64,000 bases of DNA from a virus (taxonomy: Duplodnaviria; Caudoviricetes), in the IMG/VR virus record IMGVR_UViG_2882837327_000001, positions 21,907-85,906 of that record. One strand, given 5' to 3'. The notes under the pieces were generated by a model. That model was not told where the DNA came from, did not search any database, and was given only the letters and a program-made list of their open reading frames with translations. The position numbers and the translations under genes are program-made. This document shows, in pieces, positions 9,390 through 19,377 of the stretch. Each line of letters starts with the position of its first letter. The first letter of the stretch is position 1.

Positions 9390-10514
9390 TCAGGTCACGG
9401 TGATGGCGCCAGGCGCCAGCTTCTCGTGGTTGGCAGGGACGATGTTCGCCGCCGGCTCCGAAAGGACGATATCGGTCACGCCCGCCACCGCCTTCGCCCG
9501 GGCAATGACTTCGCTGCGGTAGAAGGTCGCACCGACCGGCAGGGTGGAGAGGTAGGAGAAGATCACGCCGCTGACCGTCGCCTTGATGGCCGTGGCGTCA
9601 TAGCCGGTGGCCACGACCAAGGCGGCATCGACATCCACCAGGGTGCGAGTGGCCTTCTTTACCGTGATGGGCACCCCGGCGGCCTTCCAGCCCGTCACCT
9701 TCTCGCCGGTGCTGGGGTCAATGTAGCCGTCGATGATTTGCTGGCAGCGAACCATGAGGGCGGATGAGGGATCACCCACCCGGTTCTCAATGTAGAGCCA
9801 GGCCTGCCCGGGGGCATAGGTGATGGGGTCCACCTCCCACGGATTGACGACGCGGGCGCTGGTGACGCGCTCGATGACCGTGCCGCTGGCGTCCTTCACA
9901 TTGGCCAGGGTGGCGGCATATTCCACGGCGCGATCGGTGCTGCGTTCCAGGCTGGCGATATACTGCTGGAAGCGGGCCTTGCGCTGGTCAGGGGTCTCGC
10001 CATCGTCACCGCCGGACAGGCCCCCAGGCGCAGCGGCTGACACGAAGGCGAGCGGCTGGGGGGTCAGGGTGAAGGTGGTGCCGCCCACCACATTGCCGGC
10101 GCTGCCCGTGCTGGTGGCGCTGACCGCCACATCCACGAAGCTGGCGGTGGCGGCAATGATGGTGTCGGCCGTGCTGACATACTGCACGGTGCCGCTGCCC
10201 ACCGGGGAGAACACGCTGCCCGCCGGGATGAGGGTGTCGGTGGAAATCGGGGTGATGCTGACGCGGATGAGGCCGCCGGCGCCGGAAGCTGCCAGCGGCT
10301 CGAAGCGGAAGGTGCGATAGGTTGCGACCGGGATGGCCTCGCGGATCCCCACGAACATCATCTGGTAGAGCTGGTCGATCTCCTGAGCGACGGCTTCCAA
10401 CATGCTGCGCACGATGCTGCCGATCTCGAAATCGGTCACGCGGCGCTGCGCGGCCCGCATCCAATTGAGCATGGAAGCCGTGATGGAGGCGAAATCTTTG
10501 ATCTGGAATGCCAT
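9390..10514 (-). CDS. Baseplate J-like wedge protein
   Basis: Start MAFQIKDF (10514); TDFEIGSIVRSMLEAVA; GGDDGETPDQRKARF. Confidence 0.9.
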   Translation of the reverse strand: MAFQIKDFASITASMLNWMRAAQRRVTDFEIGSIVRSMLEAVAQEIDQLYQMMFVGIREAIPVATYRTFRFEPLAASGAGGLIRVSITPISTDTLIPAGSVFSPVGSGTVQYVSTADTIIAATASFVDVAVSATSTGSAGNVVGGTTFTLTPQPLAFVSAAAPGGLSGGDDGETPDQRKARFQQYIASLERSTDRAVEYAATLANVKDASGTVIERVTSARVVNPWEVDPITYAPGQAWLYIENRVGDPSSALMVRCQQIIDGYIDPSTGEKVTGWKAAGVPITVKKATRTLVDVDAALVVATGYDATAIKATVSGVIFSYLSTLPVGATFYRSEVIARAKAVAGVTDIVLSEPAANIVPANHEKLAPGAITVT

Positions 10515-10516
10515 GG

Positions 10517-11152
10517 TCAGGCCTCCGCGCTGATGGTGGTGACGGCGGCGGAGCCGATGGGGGTCACGCTGGCCTCGATCGGGGCGCGGTGGCCGGCGGC
10601 GCTGACCACGACACGACCGACCTCCTGCACGCGGGGATCCTGCAGAAGGGCCCGGCGCACCGCGCGGCCGGCCAGCGCGGCGCCGGTTGGGCCGTTCACT
10701 GAGCCGATGATGGAGCGCACCGCGCACCCGTAGCTGGGATGGAAGGGCAGCTCGCCGAGCTCGATGCTCAGGCGGCGAGCGAGCGAGGCCTTGAAGTTTT
10801 CCATCCCGCTGACCGTGCCATAGTCGCCGTTCTCGACGGTCAGGCGGCCGGCCACCAGCGCCAGATCGGTCAGGAACACCTCTTCCGGGTCGGTCTGCGC
10901 GTCGGCTGTGGCGCTGGCAGCGAACACCCGGATGGAGGCGCCGTAGGCCAGCACCCGCCCGCCGCTCGCCGTCACCTCGGCCGGATCGCCCGACAGGTAT
11001 GGCGGCACCAGGTCGTTCAGGCTGGCCAGGTCCGCCCAGCGCGAGGCGCTGCCCAGGTGGCGCAGAGCAAGCGCCTGCAGGGTGTCGCCGTGGCGGATGG
11101 CCACGAAGCGCCAACCGGCGGCATAGCGGGTGGTGGAATAGCTCCCGCTCAT
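10517..11152 (-). CDS. LysM plus gp25/gpW-like baseplate wedge protein
   Basis: IRHGDTLQALALRHLG (LysM); GELPFHPSYG...ALLQDPRV (gp25-like); ATGA overlap at 11149-11152. Confidence 0.85.
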   Translation of the reverse strand: MSGSYSTTRYAAGWRFVAIRHGDTLQALALRHLGSASRWADLASLNDLVPPYLSGDPAEVTASGGRVLAYGASIRVFAASATADAQTDPEEVFLTDLALVAGRLTVENGDYGTVSGMENFKASLARRLSIELGELPFHPSYGCAVRSIIGSVNGPTGAALAGRAVRRALLQDPRVQEVGRVVVSAAGHRAPIEASVTPIGSAAVTTISAEA

Positions 11153-12369
11153 GCTGCCTCGCTGGCGATGCTCGCCCCGTCCTGCACATCGGTAAGGGCG
11201 TCTTCGAGCTGGTTGTCGTTCAGCGGGTGCAGCACCGGATCCGAACTGGCGAGGGTGATGATGCCGGCGCGAGCGGCAGGGCTCAGCGAGATCCCGAGCG
11301 TCGAAGCCTCTGGGTTGGAGAGGCTTTCCCAGGCGCTGCTGGTGGTGAAGATGCTGGCCGGCCGGCCACCGCTGATGGAGGAACAGCCGGAGGCCCCGTA
11401 GAACCCGGCATAATCCCCATAGGCCAGGCGCGTGGAGCGGGCGCGAAGCAGCCAGCACAGCAGGTTGCTGAAGGCGCTGGCGGTGGCCATGACATCGTTC
11501 CTGATGGCCATGGGGAGGCTGACCACGGCGCCGATGGTGTGGAAGAGGTTCACCCCTGCCTGCGCCAGCATGGTCGGCACCGCCAGAACGGACGCCACCA
11601 GGTTGCGCACGCTGCGCACCACGCCCACCACCGCGGTGAACACCCGGTTCGCGAGGTTCAAGAAGTTGCGCACGGGCGCGATGAGGTTGGTCTGCACCCA
11701 TGCGCTGGCGCGTGTGATCGCGGATCGCACCGCGCTGATGGACTGCACCACGGAGCTGAAGAAGCCGCCCTCCTCGCCTGGCGTCTTCGTGGCGTCGCCG
11801 CCCTGCAGGAACTGGATCTGCCCGGCGTTCTGGTCCACCACGGTCAGGTTGAGCTGATACTGGATCAGCAGCGGCCGCGACTTCGAGCGGCGGAGCGTCA
11901 GCGTCATCGGCGCCACCTCCACCACGAAATCCGACAGGGCATCGGTGTAGATCAGCTTGACGGTGGAGGGGTCGCGGCCCTCCTGGACGGCCTGCTTGCG
12001 CAAGCTCGCCCAGCGGTTCCACACCTGGTCGCGAAGCGCCACCCACCGCTCTTCGCCGTTGCCGTCGCTGCCGCCGCGCCAGCCGGTGTGGCCTGCGATG
12101 TTGATGACGGGCAGCCCCTGACCGAAGCTATCCACGAAGGCGCCGCCGAGCGTGTGGTGCACGGTGGTGCGCATCTGGTCGGTGCGGGTCATATCCTCGG
12201 GCCGCAGGCCCAGGGTCACGCTGCTGACGATCGCGCCATTGTCTTCAAGGGTGAAGCCGATGGGGCGGTTCTTCTGCGAAGGCGGTGGGCCGGCATAGCC
12301 AAGCGCACCGGAGACCGCCCCGATGGCGCTGCTTACGCTATTGGCCGCATCTGAGAGGGATCCCGACAT
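11149..12369 (-). CDS. Baseplate/tail-tube initiator-type structural protein
   Basis: 406 aa; HHTLGGAFVDSFGQGLPVINIAGHTGW pattern; lies between spike and wedge. Confidence 0.7.
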   Translation of the reverse strand: MSGSLSDAANSVSSAIGAVSGALGYAGPPPSQKNRPIGFTLEDNGAIVSSVTLGLRPEDMTRTDQMRTTVHHTLGGAFVDSFGQGLPVINIAGHTGWRGGSDGNGEERWVALRDQVWNRWASLRKQAVQEGRDPSTVKLIYTDALSDFVVEVAPMTLTLRRSKSRPLLIQYQLNLTVVDQNAGQIQFLQGGDATKTPGEEGGFFSSVVQSISAVRSAITRASAWVQTNLIAPVRNFLNLANRVFTAVVGVVRSVRNLVASVLAVPTMLAQAGVNLFHTIGAVVSLPMAIRNDVMATASAFSNLLCWLLRARSTRLAYGDYAGFYGASGCSSISGGRPASIFTTSSAWESLSNPEASTLGISLSPAARAGIITLASSDPVLHPLNDNQLEDALTDVQDGASIASEAA

Positions 12370-12719
12370 ACCGCCAGGGTGGCGTCACGACGCGCCAGGG
12401 GGTTCACCCCAGCAGGGATCGGGCTCTGCCGCCGCCCGCGGCTGGCGGCTATGAAGGCTTCCAGGTCGCGGGCAGTCGCGTGGAAGGTGGCGAGCTCGAC
12501 ATCTGAGAGCCCCGTGGATTCCTGGTCCAGGCCTTCAAGCGCGCGGCGGAACCGTGCGGCGATGCCCTGGACGGTGGTGGCCGGGGTCTCCACGATCCGG
12601 CATTCCAGCTCTATCAGCTCGTCGGCACTCAGGTGCGGTGCCCCTTCGGCTTGCTCTTGGTCCATGGCAAGCAGCGCGAGAACCGGATCTGCAACGCAGT
12701 CGGCGGCGGTCAGGCTCAT
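12333..12719 (-). CDS. Hypothetical protein of the inserted moron (alternative start 12806)
   Basis: ADPVLALLA...LECRIVETPATTVQGIAARFR resembles small alphaproteobacterial phage proteins. Confidence 0.55.
   Translation of the reverse strand: MSLTAADCVADPVLALLAMDQEQAEGAPHLSADELIELECRIVETPATTVQGIAARFRRALEGLDQESTGLSDVELATFHATARDLEAFIAASRGRRQSPIPAGVNPLARRDATLAVCRDPSQMRPIA
12370..12393 (-). promoter_or_regulatory. Late-promoter motif copy 3 (12384-12391; ATG 12369 at 14 nt)
   Basis: GCGTCGTGAC GCC A CCC T GGCGGT ATG. Confidence 0.8.
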
Positions 12720-12864
12720 AAGGGAATGTCCCCTCGGGGGCGGGGTTCGGAGGCGGGAAAGCAATATCATTTTCTCGAACTCGGACTCGGCTGGGGGGAT
12801 GAACATTTCTTCTTGGGGCGGCGCAACCAGTGGTTGTTTCCGGCTTCACCTCCCATTCATCTAG

Positions 12865-13063
12865 ATGGCGGCATTTCCTCCATTCGGTCTAGCGTCACTC
12901 ACGGTTTCGCCAGGAACATTACAACAGAATCATTTTATGGATTGCCAGACAATGCATTGCGCCACTACGGAGAACGGCGCTTCGCTAGGCTTGGCTCCAC
13001 GTCTATCATTCGTTTGCGCTACGCCCCTTAAATGACATCCTCGTAATTACTCATTTCCTCCGC
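12865..13063. promoter_or_regulatory. Operator-like cluster A (ATGGCGG-CATTT-CCTCCAT at 12865-12883; half-sites at 13034-13045 and 13052-13063)
   Basis: 19-bp imperfect palindrome and related half-sites in an AT-richer divergent intergenic region. Confidence 0.6.
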
Positions 13064-13166
13064 GCATTCAGGCGTTGGCATTCAATTCTGCGTTGCATCG
13101 CTGTCACCTTGGGCTTGCTGGCCCGCCGTGATTTCCAGCATTATGCGTCCACGCTCGGGAGTGATG

Positions 13167-13532
13167 ATGATGATCCGCCTCGCCGCCGCATTGGCGGTCA
13201 TCGGGATGGCAGCCGGCAGCCAGAATGCAGGCGCCCAGCCTGCCTCAACCGCCTCCGCACGCCCGGCAGCGCCGGCGAGCATCTGGTTTTCGGCGAGCGA
13301 GAACCTGGACCGCTGCGTGCGCAGCACCTCCCCTGCCGAGGCCCTGATGGCCCTGCGCCGGCGGGGCCGTGATGACGCCTGGATTGATGATCGGCCCGTG
13401 GCCAGCGACCGTGAGCGGGTCATGGTCGGGTGGGGCACGTCCGACTACATGGGCCTCATGATCTGGCGCAATCAGGGCGCATGCGAAGCCGAGCTCCGCG
13501 CCAGCCAACGCATCCCGGATCGCTACCGCTAG
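13167..13532 (+). CDS. Exported protein with signal peptide (moron, opposite strand)
   Basis: GGGAG SD at 13157; MMIRLAAALAVIGMAAGSQNAGAQ; two Cys in the mature part. Confidence 0.65.
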   Translation: MMIRLAAALAVIGMAAGSQNAGAQPASTASARPAAPASIWFSASENLDRCVRSTSPAEALMALRRRGRDDAWIDDRPVASDRERVMVGWGTSDYMGLMIWRNQGACEAELRASQRIPDRYR

Positions 13533-14233
13533 ATCGGCGTGCCGGTATTGCCGGCGCCGCCCTGCACGCCGCTGTGGCGGTGTCCCTGCAGGCTGATACC
13601 GCCGGCCGTCACGTCGCCGGCGGCCTCGATCGAGCCACTGAACTTCGCCACCGGCACATCGAATGTAGCCTCCCCGATCGCCTTCACAGCCAGCTTTCCA
13701 TCGGTGTCGATCGTAAAGCTGGCGCCAGATGGCATCGCCACATGCAAGCCGACCTGAGCGGCAGCCGCGGCCCCGCCGTGGCGCCACTGACCATCGACAT
13801 CGCCCCCCACTGGGTTGGTCGGGGCGAGGTTCGGCCCGAACACCACCACCGCGCCGCTGGGATGGCCAATTGTCACCGTGCCATCTGGGGCAATCATGCT
13901 CCATGCGCCGCTGCTGTGCCGCGTCACCTGGCGGCCCGGCTCCGCGCTCAGCACGCCATTCACCTGCGGGAAGAGGAAGCCTACGCACACCCAATTGCCA
14001 CCTGCCGTGGGTGCCAGCATCGCCACCGCATCATTGCTACCGCGGGCGGGGACGTTCCAACGCGCCTCGCCCGCGGGCGCGTCCACTGGTGGAAGGTTGC
14101 TGGTGCCGGTGTTGGTGCTGGCGCCTGGCGCCGCCACCTGCACCCCCACGCATCGCTGTCCGGTGCGGATGATGGCGCAGTCGATGCTGTGGTCTTCGGG
14201 ATGGATCGCGACGACGCGCGCGAGCTCAATCAT
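13529..14233 (-). CDS. Baseplate central spike (gpV-like)
   Basis: OB-fold-like N-terminus, beta-repeat body, apex ISLQGHRHSGVQGG. Confidence 0.9.
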   Translation of the reverse strand: MIELARVVAIHPEDHSIDCAIIRTGQRCVGVQVAAPGASTNTGTSNLPPVDAPAGEARWNVPARGSNDAVAMLAPTAGGNWVCVGFLFPQVNGVLSAEPGRQVTRHSSGAWSMIAPDGTVTIGHPSGAVVVFGPNLAPTNPVGGDVDGQWRHGGAAAAAQVGLHVAMPSGASFTIDTDGKLAVKAIGEATFDVPVAKFSGSIEAAGDVTAGGISLQGHRHSGVQGGAGNTGTPI

Positions 14234-14242
14234 GGTCGGCCT

Positions 14243-16093
14243 TCAGTCGATCGAGGCGCTGGGCTGCGCCGAGGTGGAAGGTAGGGCGCCGCCTTCGGTC
14301 AGGGGGCTGGCGCCGCCGGCGGCCGTGCCAGGCTCGCCGGTCTGGCCCATGCTGCGCTCGCCGTCGCCGGCGTTGCCTGTGCCGCTGCGCGCCGGATCCT
14401 GCGAGGCGGCCGCCCCCGCGCCCATCTCGATCAGCCAGGGGCTGATATCGCCCGTCGCCTGGATCCTGCGCGCGAAGCCCTGCCCACGCTCAAGCGGCAA
14501 AGAGGTGAAGAAGCCCACGAATGGGATGTATTCGTGGGTGACGCTCGGGACGTAATACGGCGCGGCCAGCGCGCCCTCGCCGATCATGACGTGGCTGCCC
14601 GCCCGGGCATTCTCATTGCCCGCGATGCGGCACTCGCCGGATTCGAGCAGCATGTTGTCCTTGTTCGTCTCGCTGAGGATGCGGCGGCGATCGTCCAGCC
14701 ATTCCATGGTCTGCATCTCGCGCTGACTGGTGACGGCGGCGCTCTGTCCGCTCGTCATGACCTCGCTGGCCCCCATCTGCGTGCTGACGATCATGGGTCG
14801 CATGCCGAAGATCGCCGGGCTGTTGTTCGGATAGTCGGTCATGTAGACCGTCTGCTGCTGCGCGCCGGTGGCGGCCATGTAGCGGGCCGGCAGGTCCGAA
14901 ACCAGCTCGAAGCGCGGCCCCTCAACCCAGAAGTAGTTCGCCACGTTCTCATCGCCGCGGCTCAGCTCCAAGCTCATGATGTCCATAGCCGGGATGCTCA
15001 GCCTGGTGGGCAGCGCCGGCGTCTCCGGATCCGTAGCCACCGCTTCCGTTGCGGTCAGGGGCGTGTCCTGAACCGAAAGCTCCGGGATCGCGATGGCGCC
15101 TGCCGGCGTCGGGATGGTCTCGGTGCCCGGGGTCTCGGTCAGCGGGGGCGTGGCGGGGGTAGCCGCAGGCGGGGCAGCTTCTGGCTGCACGGCGGCGGGT
15201 TGCTGGATCGGCCGGCCGCTCAGGTCGATCGCCGGATTGGGCCGGTAGACCACCACCACCTGGTCTTCACGGTCCTCGATGAACAGCTCGTTGAAGCCGA
15301 CCGTCACGTCCAGGAACTGCGCCAGGATGCTGTAGATGGAGCCTTCGCTGTTCTGCGGCCCTGTCAGGCTGGTGACGCCACGGTCGGCGACGGCCTCCAC
15401 CGCCAGGCTGCGCGGCATCGGCCAATCCTCTGGCAGCATGGTCGCCAGATGCGGGTTGATCACCTTCTCCACCACCTCGCGCACCAGCTCGTCGCCCCGC
15501 TTGCCGGTGGCGATGGCCAGGCCGAAGCGCTCGAACAGCGGGAAGGAGGAGATGAAGGCCTCGCCCATCACGTTGTGCGGGTGCCAGGAGACGCGCAGCA
15601 TCTCCCAGATCTTCCCGTAGTCGTGCCCGGTGACGCTGACGGTGCGCATCGGCGCGCCGGTGTTCTGGTTCACGCTCTGACCGCGCGAGGGCCGCGATAC
15701 GAAGCCGCGCATGACGATTGGCGGCCGGCGGCCGGTCAGGTGGTTCCGGGCCAGGCGGATCTCGATGCCGTCATTCGGCTCGATCAGGCCGTAGAGCGTT
15801 TCGAGCGCGCGCCAATTCTGATCCCGCTGCGCGGCGCTCGGTGCATCCTGGTTCCCCGCCAGGGCGCCAAAGGGGATATCGGCAAATTGAAGCGTGAAGC
15901 CGCCAGCCCCGCCACGAACGGATTTCCGGGTGCTGATGCTGCCCAGATCCGAAAAGTAGCTGCTGATGTCGATGGTGCGACCGGTCTGCTGGAAGCGGGT
16001 GCTGGCGGGGATGTTGCTGGACACGACTTCCCGGCGGGTCAGCTTGTGCAGCTTCACCTGGAACTGCGGCTGGAAGATCCGGGCGGCGCTCAT
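14243..16093 (-). CDS. Baseplate hub (gp27/gp44-like)
   Basis: Start MSAARIF; hub-like features (LLESGECRIAGNENARAGSHV; YYVPSVTHEY); follows tape measure. Confidence 0.75.
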   Translation of the reverse strand: MSAARIFQPQFQVKLHKLTRREVVSSNIPASTRFQQTGRTIDISSYFSDLGSISTRKSVRGGAGGFTLQFADIPFGALAGNQDAPSAAQRDQNWRALETLYGLIEPNDGIEIRLARNHLTGRRPPIVMRGFVSRPSRGQSVNQNTGAPMRTVSVTGHDYGKIWEMLRVSWHPHNVMGEAFISSFPLFERFGLAIATGKRGDELVREVVEKVINPHLATMLPEDWPMPRSLAVEAVADRGVTSLTGPQNSEGSIYSILAQFLDVTVGFNELFIEDREDQVVVVYRPNPAIDLSGRPIQQPAAVQPEAAPPAATPATPPLTETPGTETIPTPAGAIAIPELSVQDTPLTATEAVATDPETPALPTRLSIPAMDIMSLELSRGDENVANYFWVEGPRFELVSDLPARYMAATGAQQQTVYMTDYPNNSPAIFGMRPMIVSTQMGASEVMTSGQSAAVTSQREMQTMEWLDDRRRILSETNKDNMLLESGECRIAGNENARAGSHVMIGEGALAAPYYVPSVTHEYIPFVGFFTSLPLERGQGFARRIQATGDISPWLIEMGAGAAASQDPARSGTGNAGDGERSMGQTGEPGTAAGGASPLTEGGALPSTSAQPSASID

Positions 16094-19062
16094 CCGAAGC
16101 TGCCCGCCGGGCGCGGCTGGCCCCACGCCGTCTGCACGCGCAGGGGGTTGGCCAGCTCGCGGCCTCGCGGATCCTGAAGCACAAAGACACCCTCGAAATT
16201 GCCGCTGACTCGCTGCGGTGGCGCAGCGGGGCGGCCGGCATCCTCAACCGCGTTCGGCGGCGCGCCAGGTGGCAATGGTGTGCCGGCCGCTGCCTCTGGC
16301 GGGATGGGCGGGGTCGGAAGACGGTTGAAGCGGCTCGCCACGCCGCCCAGGCTCGTGGCGAACCGCGGGTCAGTGGCATAGCCGCCGGCCTGCAGCCTCC
16401 GGCCATAAACGGTGGCGGAGGAGCTTCCGATGGCGTTAGAGGCGCGCCGCTGCACCCAACTGACATAGGCGCGCATGAAGTCCTCTCGGGTCTCGAAATC
16501 ACGAAAGCGCTGAGTGATGCGGTTGCCGGCTCCATCCCGGTCAGCTCCTGGCGTAGCAGGCTGGCTGGCGAGCGCCGTCATGTTCCCGAGGTTGTTGCGC
16601 CCGGCAAAGGCTCGCCCGTTGTTGGTTTCCAGGCTCCAATGCGCCAGGACGGTTTCGGCCGGCACACCAAGCTGGGCTGCCGCTTGTGCCGCCAGGGGGC
16701 CAAACTCCTCCCGGAACTGCGCGTCGCTCCGTTCACGGCGCGAGATATCGCCCTCTCCACCGGCGCCTCCACCGGCCGCAATGGCTTCGGCATTCCGACG
16801 CGCCTGGCTGACGCGCTCCGCCCCGCGAGCTTCAGCGCGGCCGTCGCGGATCACGCCCTGCCGGCGCGCGTCGTGGTCGGTGATGATCTGGCCGCGCCGC
16901 TCCTGAAGAGCCTCATAGCGCTGCTGCGCCTCCGCCGCGCGGCGCTGAAGATCCTCATCACCCGGATTGTTGTTGGCCAGACCCACCGCGCGGGCATGCG
17001 CTTCCGACGCGGTGCGGATCTCGCCATCAACCGCCGCAAGCTGGTCGCGCTGGCTCTCATCCACCTCGGCCAGTGCGCCAGCCAGCACCCGGCGCCGAAC
17101 CTCGCCGGCAGTCAGTGCACGGCCGTCCCGCCCTGCCAGCACCAGCAGAGCGTCGCGCGCGGTGTTCATGGGACCGACAAAAGCCGTCGCCATGTCACGA
17201 ATGGCCTTCTCGACATCCTGGACCGTGCGGCGGGTCCGGCCACCCTCGGTCTCCTCCTGCTGCCGGCCGGCAGCGATCTCGGCAAGAACCCGCCTGAGCT
17301 GCTGCACCGCCTCGCTGTCGCCGGACAGCGCCGCGGTGCGGGCTTCGGACAGGCGGCGGCTCTCCGCCGGGGTCAGCGCATCCCGCCCGGTGCGTCCTGC
17401 GAACTCGTCGGCGATGCTGTTCAGCTCGGGCATGCCGCCGCGCCCGATGCGCGCGAGGGACTGGATCCCGGTGGCGGAGAGCGTGCGGATGCCATCAGCA
17501 CCCAACAGGCCCTCGATGGAGTTGAGCTCCGCCGGCTGCAGCCGCGACAAGGCATCGGCCTGGCGCATGTTCAGGCCGAACATGTTGGCCGTTGCGTTCA
17601 GCCGCAGGACCGGGTTGCTGTAGCGGCTGCGCAGGCCTTCCGTGACCATCTGGAAGACGGTGGTGTCGCTTCCAGCCGCGCGCCCCGGGATGCTCACGCC
17701 GGAAGCCCGCAGGGAATCGCCCAAGGCGGTGCCGGCACCAAAGGTGTTCCGGCCGGTGGCGAACATGCCCCCTTCCTGCAACATCGTGGCCATGAGCGGA
17801 TCCAGCCCGAGGCGCCGCCCCACGGTGGACCACATGAAGCTCTGCCCCGCCTCGCCGGCCGCGCCGCCGCGCTCGATCGCGCTGTTGGCGCGCGACAGCA
17901 GGTTGGCCGCACCAGAAACGTCCAGGCCCGGCTGGCGCATGGCCAGCAGCCCAGCCAGCGCGCCGGTGTAGCCCTCCACATTCGCCCGCGAGAGGCTAGA
18001 ACGGGTCTGCTGCTCCGAGAACCCCGCGATCTCGGCCAGGAACTCCTCCGCCTTGGCGAACACACCGCCGTGGGCGATGCCCTCCGCGATCATGAGGCCC
18101 AGGCGGCGGCCCTCCTCGGCGTTGCTGGTGATCCCCATGCCCCGCATGGAGGCGAAGGCAGCCACACCGGAAGAGGGATCGAAACCGAAGGAGCGCGCGA
18201 AGCCGCCGGCCTGCGTCACGTCATCGGCGATGCCGAGGCTGTTGCTGTTGCCGCGCCGGGCGAAGAGGCCGGCAAGCGCCTGCGTCTCCTCATAGGTGGT
18301 GGCCGTCTCGAAGCTGCTGGCGCGCAGGCGGTCGCGCAGGCGGTTGAAGCCGATGCCGCTGCCGGTACCGCCGAGCTGGTTCCGCAGCGTGTCGTAGACG
18401 ATGCTCTCCTGCTGAGCCGCCCCGATCTCCTGGCGCACGGCGCCGATCAGGGAGGAGAGCGCGAAGGCGCCCATGGCGCCGGCTGCCCCCATCACGCCGG
18501 CACCGAAGCCCCCGGCGGCGCCCGCGCGCAGGCCGGTGGCGGCCACACCGCCGAGCGGGCCCGCAGCCTGCAGGCCCTGCCGAAAGACATCGCCAGCCGT
18601 CTGCCCTACCGAGGGAGGCTGTGGCCCGGCAGGCCGGCCAGATCCGGGCGGACGGTTCGGTGGCGGCGGCGGAACGGCCGGGGGCTTGGGCGGCGGCGCT
18701 GGCGGAGCGGGCGCGTCGATGAAGCCCAGGCCGGTGGCCATCTCGAAGACGCCACGCTGCGCGCGCTTCCGCGCATGGGCATTCGCGTATGCCTTGCCCC
18801 AATCCACATCGAGGAGGGGCGTGCCTTCCTGGCCAGAACCCTTCAGGTGGCGGGCGATCTCGGGCGCGAGCTGGCGGATGTTGCGCAGGGTGCGCTCCAC
18901 CCGCTGCAGCATCTCCACGCTGGCCTTGTCGATCGGGTTGAACTGCACGCCATGGGTGCTGGCGATGCTCTTCCCCATGCCGTTGATCTTGCGCGTGAGC
19001 TCATCGACGCGCCGGCCGATATCGGGGTCAAGCTGGGCCCCGATCTTCACATTGACGGTCAT
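16090..19062 (-). CDS. Tape measure protein with C-terminal GH73/FlgJ-like glucosaminidase
   Basis: About 990 aa, Ala/Gly-rich helical; LAHWSLETNNG...NNLGNM...LQAGGYATDP. Confidence 0.85.
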   Translation of the reverse strand: MTVNVKIGAQLDPDIGRRVDELTRKINGMGKSIASTHGVQFNPIDKASVEMLQRVERTLRNIRQLAPEIARHLKGSGQEGTPLLDVDWGKAYANAHARKRAQRGVFEMATGLGFIDAPAPPAPPPKPPAVPPPPPNRPPGSGRPAGPQPPSVGQTAGDVFRQGLQAAGPLGGVAATGLRAGAAGGFGAGVMGAAGAMGAFALSSLIGAVRQEIGAAQQESIVYDTLRNQLGGTGSGIGFNRLRDRLRASSFETATTYEETQALAGLFARRGNSNSLGIADDVTQAGGFARSFGFDPSSGVAAFASMRGMGITSNAEEGRRLGLMIAEGIAHGGVFAKAEEFLAEIAGFSEQQTRSSLSRANVEGYTGALAGLLAMRQPGLDVSGAANLLSRANSAIERGGAAGEAGQSFMWSTVGRRLGLDPLMATMLQEGGMFATGRNTFGAGTALGDSLRASGVSIPGRAAGSDTTVFQMVTEGLRSRYSNPVLRLNATANMFGLNMRQADALSRLQPAELNSIEGLLGADGIRTLSATGIQSLARIGRGGMPELNSIADEFAGRTGRDALTPAESRRLSEARTAALSGDSEAVQQLRRVLAEIAAGRQQEETEGGRTRRTVQDVEKAIRDMATAFVGPMNTARDALLVLAGRDGRALTAGEVRRRVLAGALAEVDESQRDQLAAVDGEIRTASEAHARAVGLANNNPGDEDLQRRAAEAQQRYEALQERRGQIITDHDARRQGVIRDGRAEARGAERVSQARRNAEAIAAGGGAGGEGDISRRERSDAQFREEFGPLAAQAAAQLGVPAETVLAHWSLETNNGRAFAGRNNLGNMTALASQPATPGADRDGAGNRITQRFRDFETREDFMRAYVSWVQRRASNAIGSSSATVYGRRLQAGGYATDPRFATSLGGVASRFNRLPTPPIPPEAAAGTPLPPGAPPNAVEDAGRPAAPPQRVSGNFEGVFVLQDPRGRELANPLRVQTAWGQPRPAGSFG

Positions 19063-19377
19063 GACGGCAGGTCTTCCCAATCCTCGGGAGGCGTGGCCGC
19101 TGCCGCGGCCCGCGCCGCCTCCGCGGCTTCACCCTCTTCCTCGGCCCGGCGGATCTCGGCCGCCAGGTCGAAATCGCCGTCCTCGAACTCCTCGCTGCCG
19201 GCTTTCCCGTCTGCGTATTGGTGCATCCAGAAGTCGGCCTCGATCATCTCGACGGTCGCGCTCAGAAAGCGCGGGTCATTCGGCGGCAGGCTGTACTTGC
19301 GGCGGAACCACGCTTCCAGCGTCTGCGACTGAGCCTTGCCCAAGCGCTTTGAATCGCCTTTGGCCTTCCGGGCGAAA
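19059..19377 (-). CDS. Tail assembly chaperone T-segment (probably reached by +1 frameshift from the G gene)
   Basis: WFRRKYSLPPNDPRFLSAT motif; overlaps the G ORF in the +1 frame; no SD-supported start seen. Confidence 0.6.

Noticed and set aside
12865-13035. 56-codon plus-strand ORF in the moron intergenic region
   Set aside because: Weak SD, overlaps operator-like sites, no recognisable features
16639-19332. Long plus-strand ORFs opposite structural genes (also 19737..22076, 26273..28609, 33651..37157, 46191..48335, 48516..50849, 56872..59085)
   Set aside because: Antisense shadows of high-GC coding sequence with no recognisable motifs
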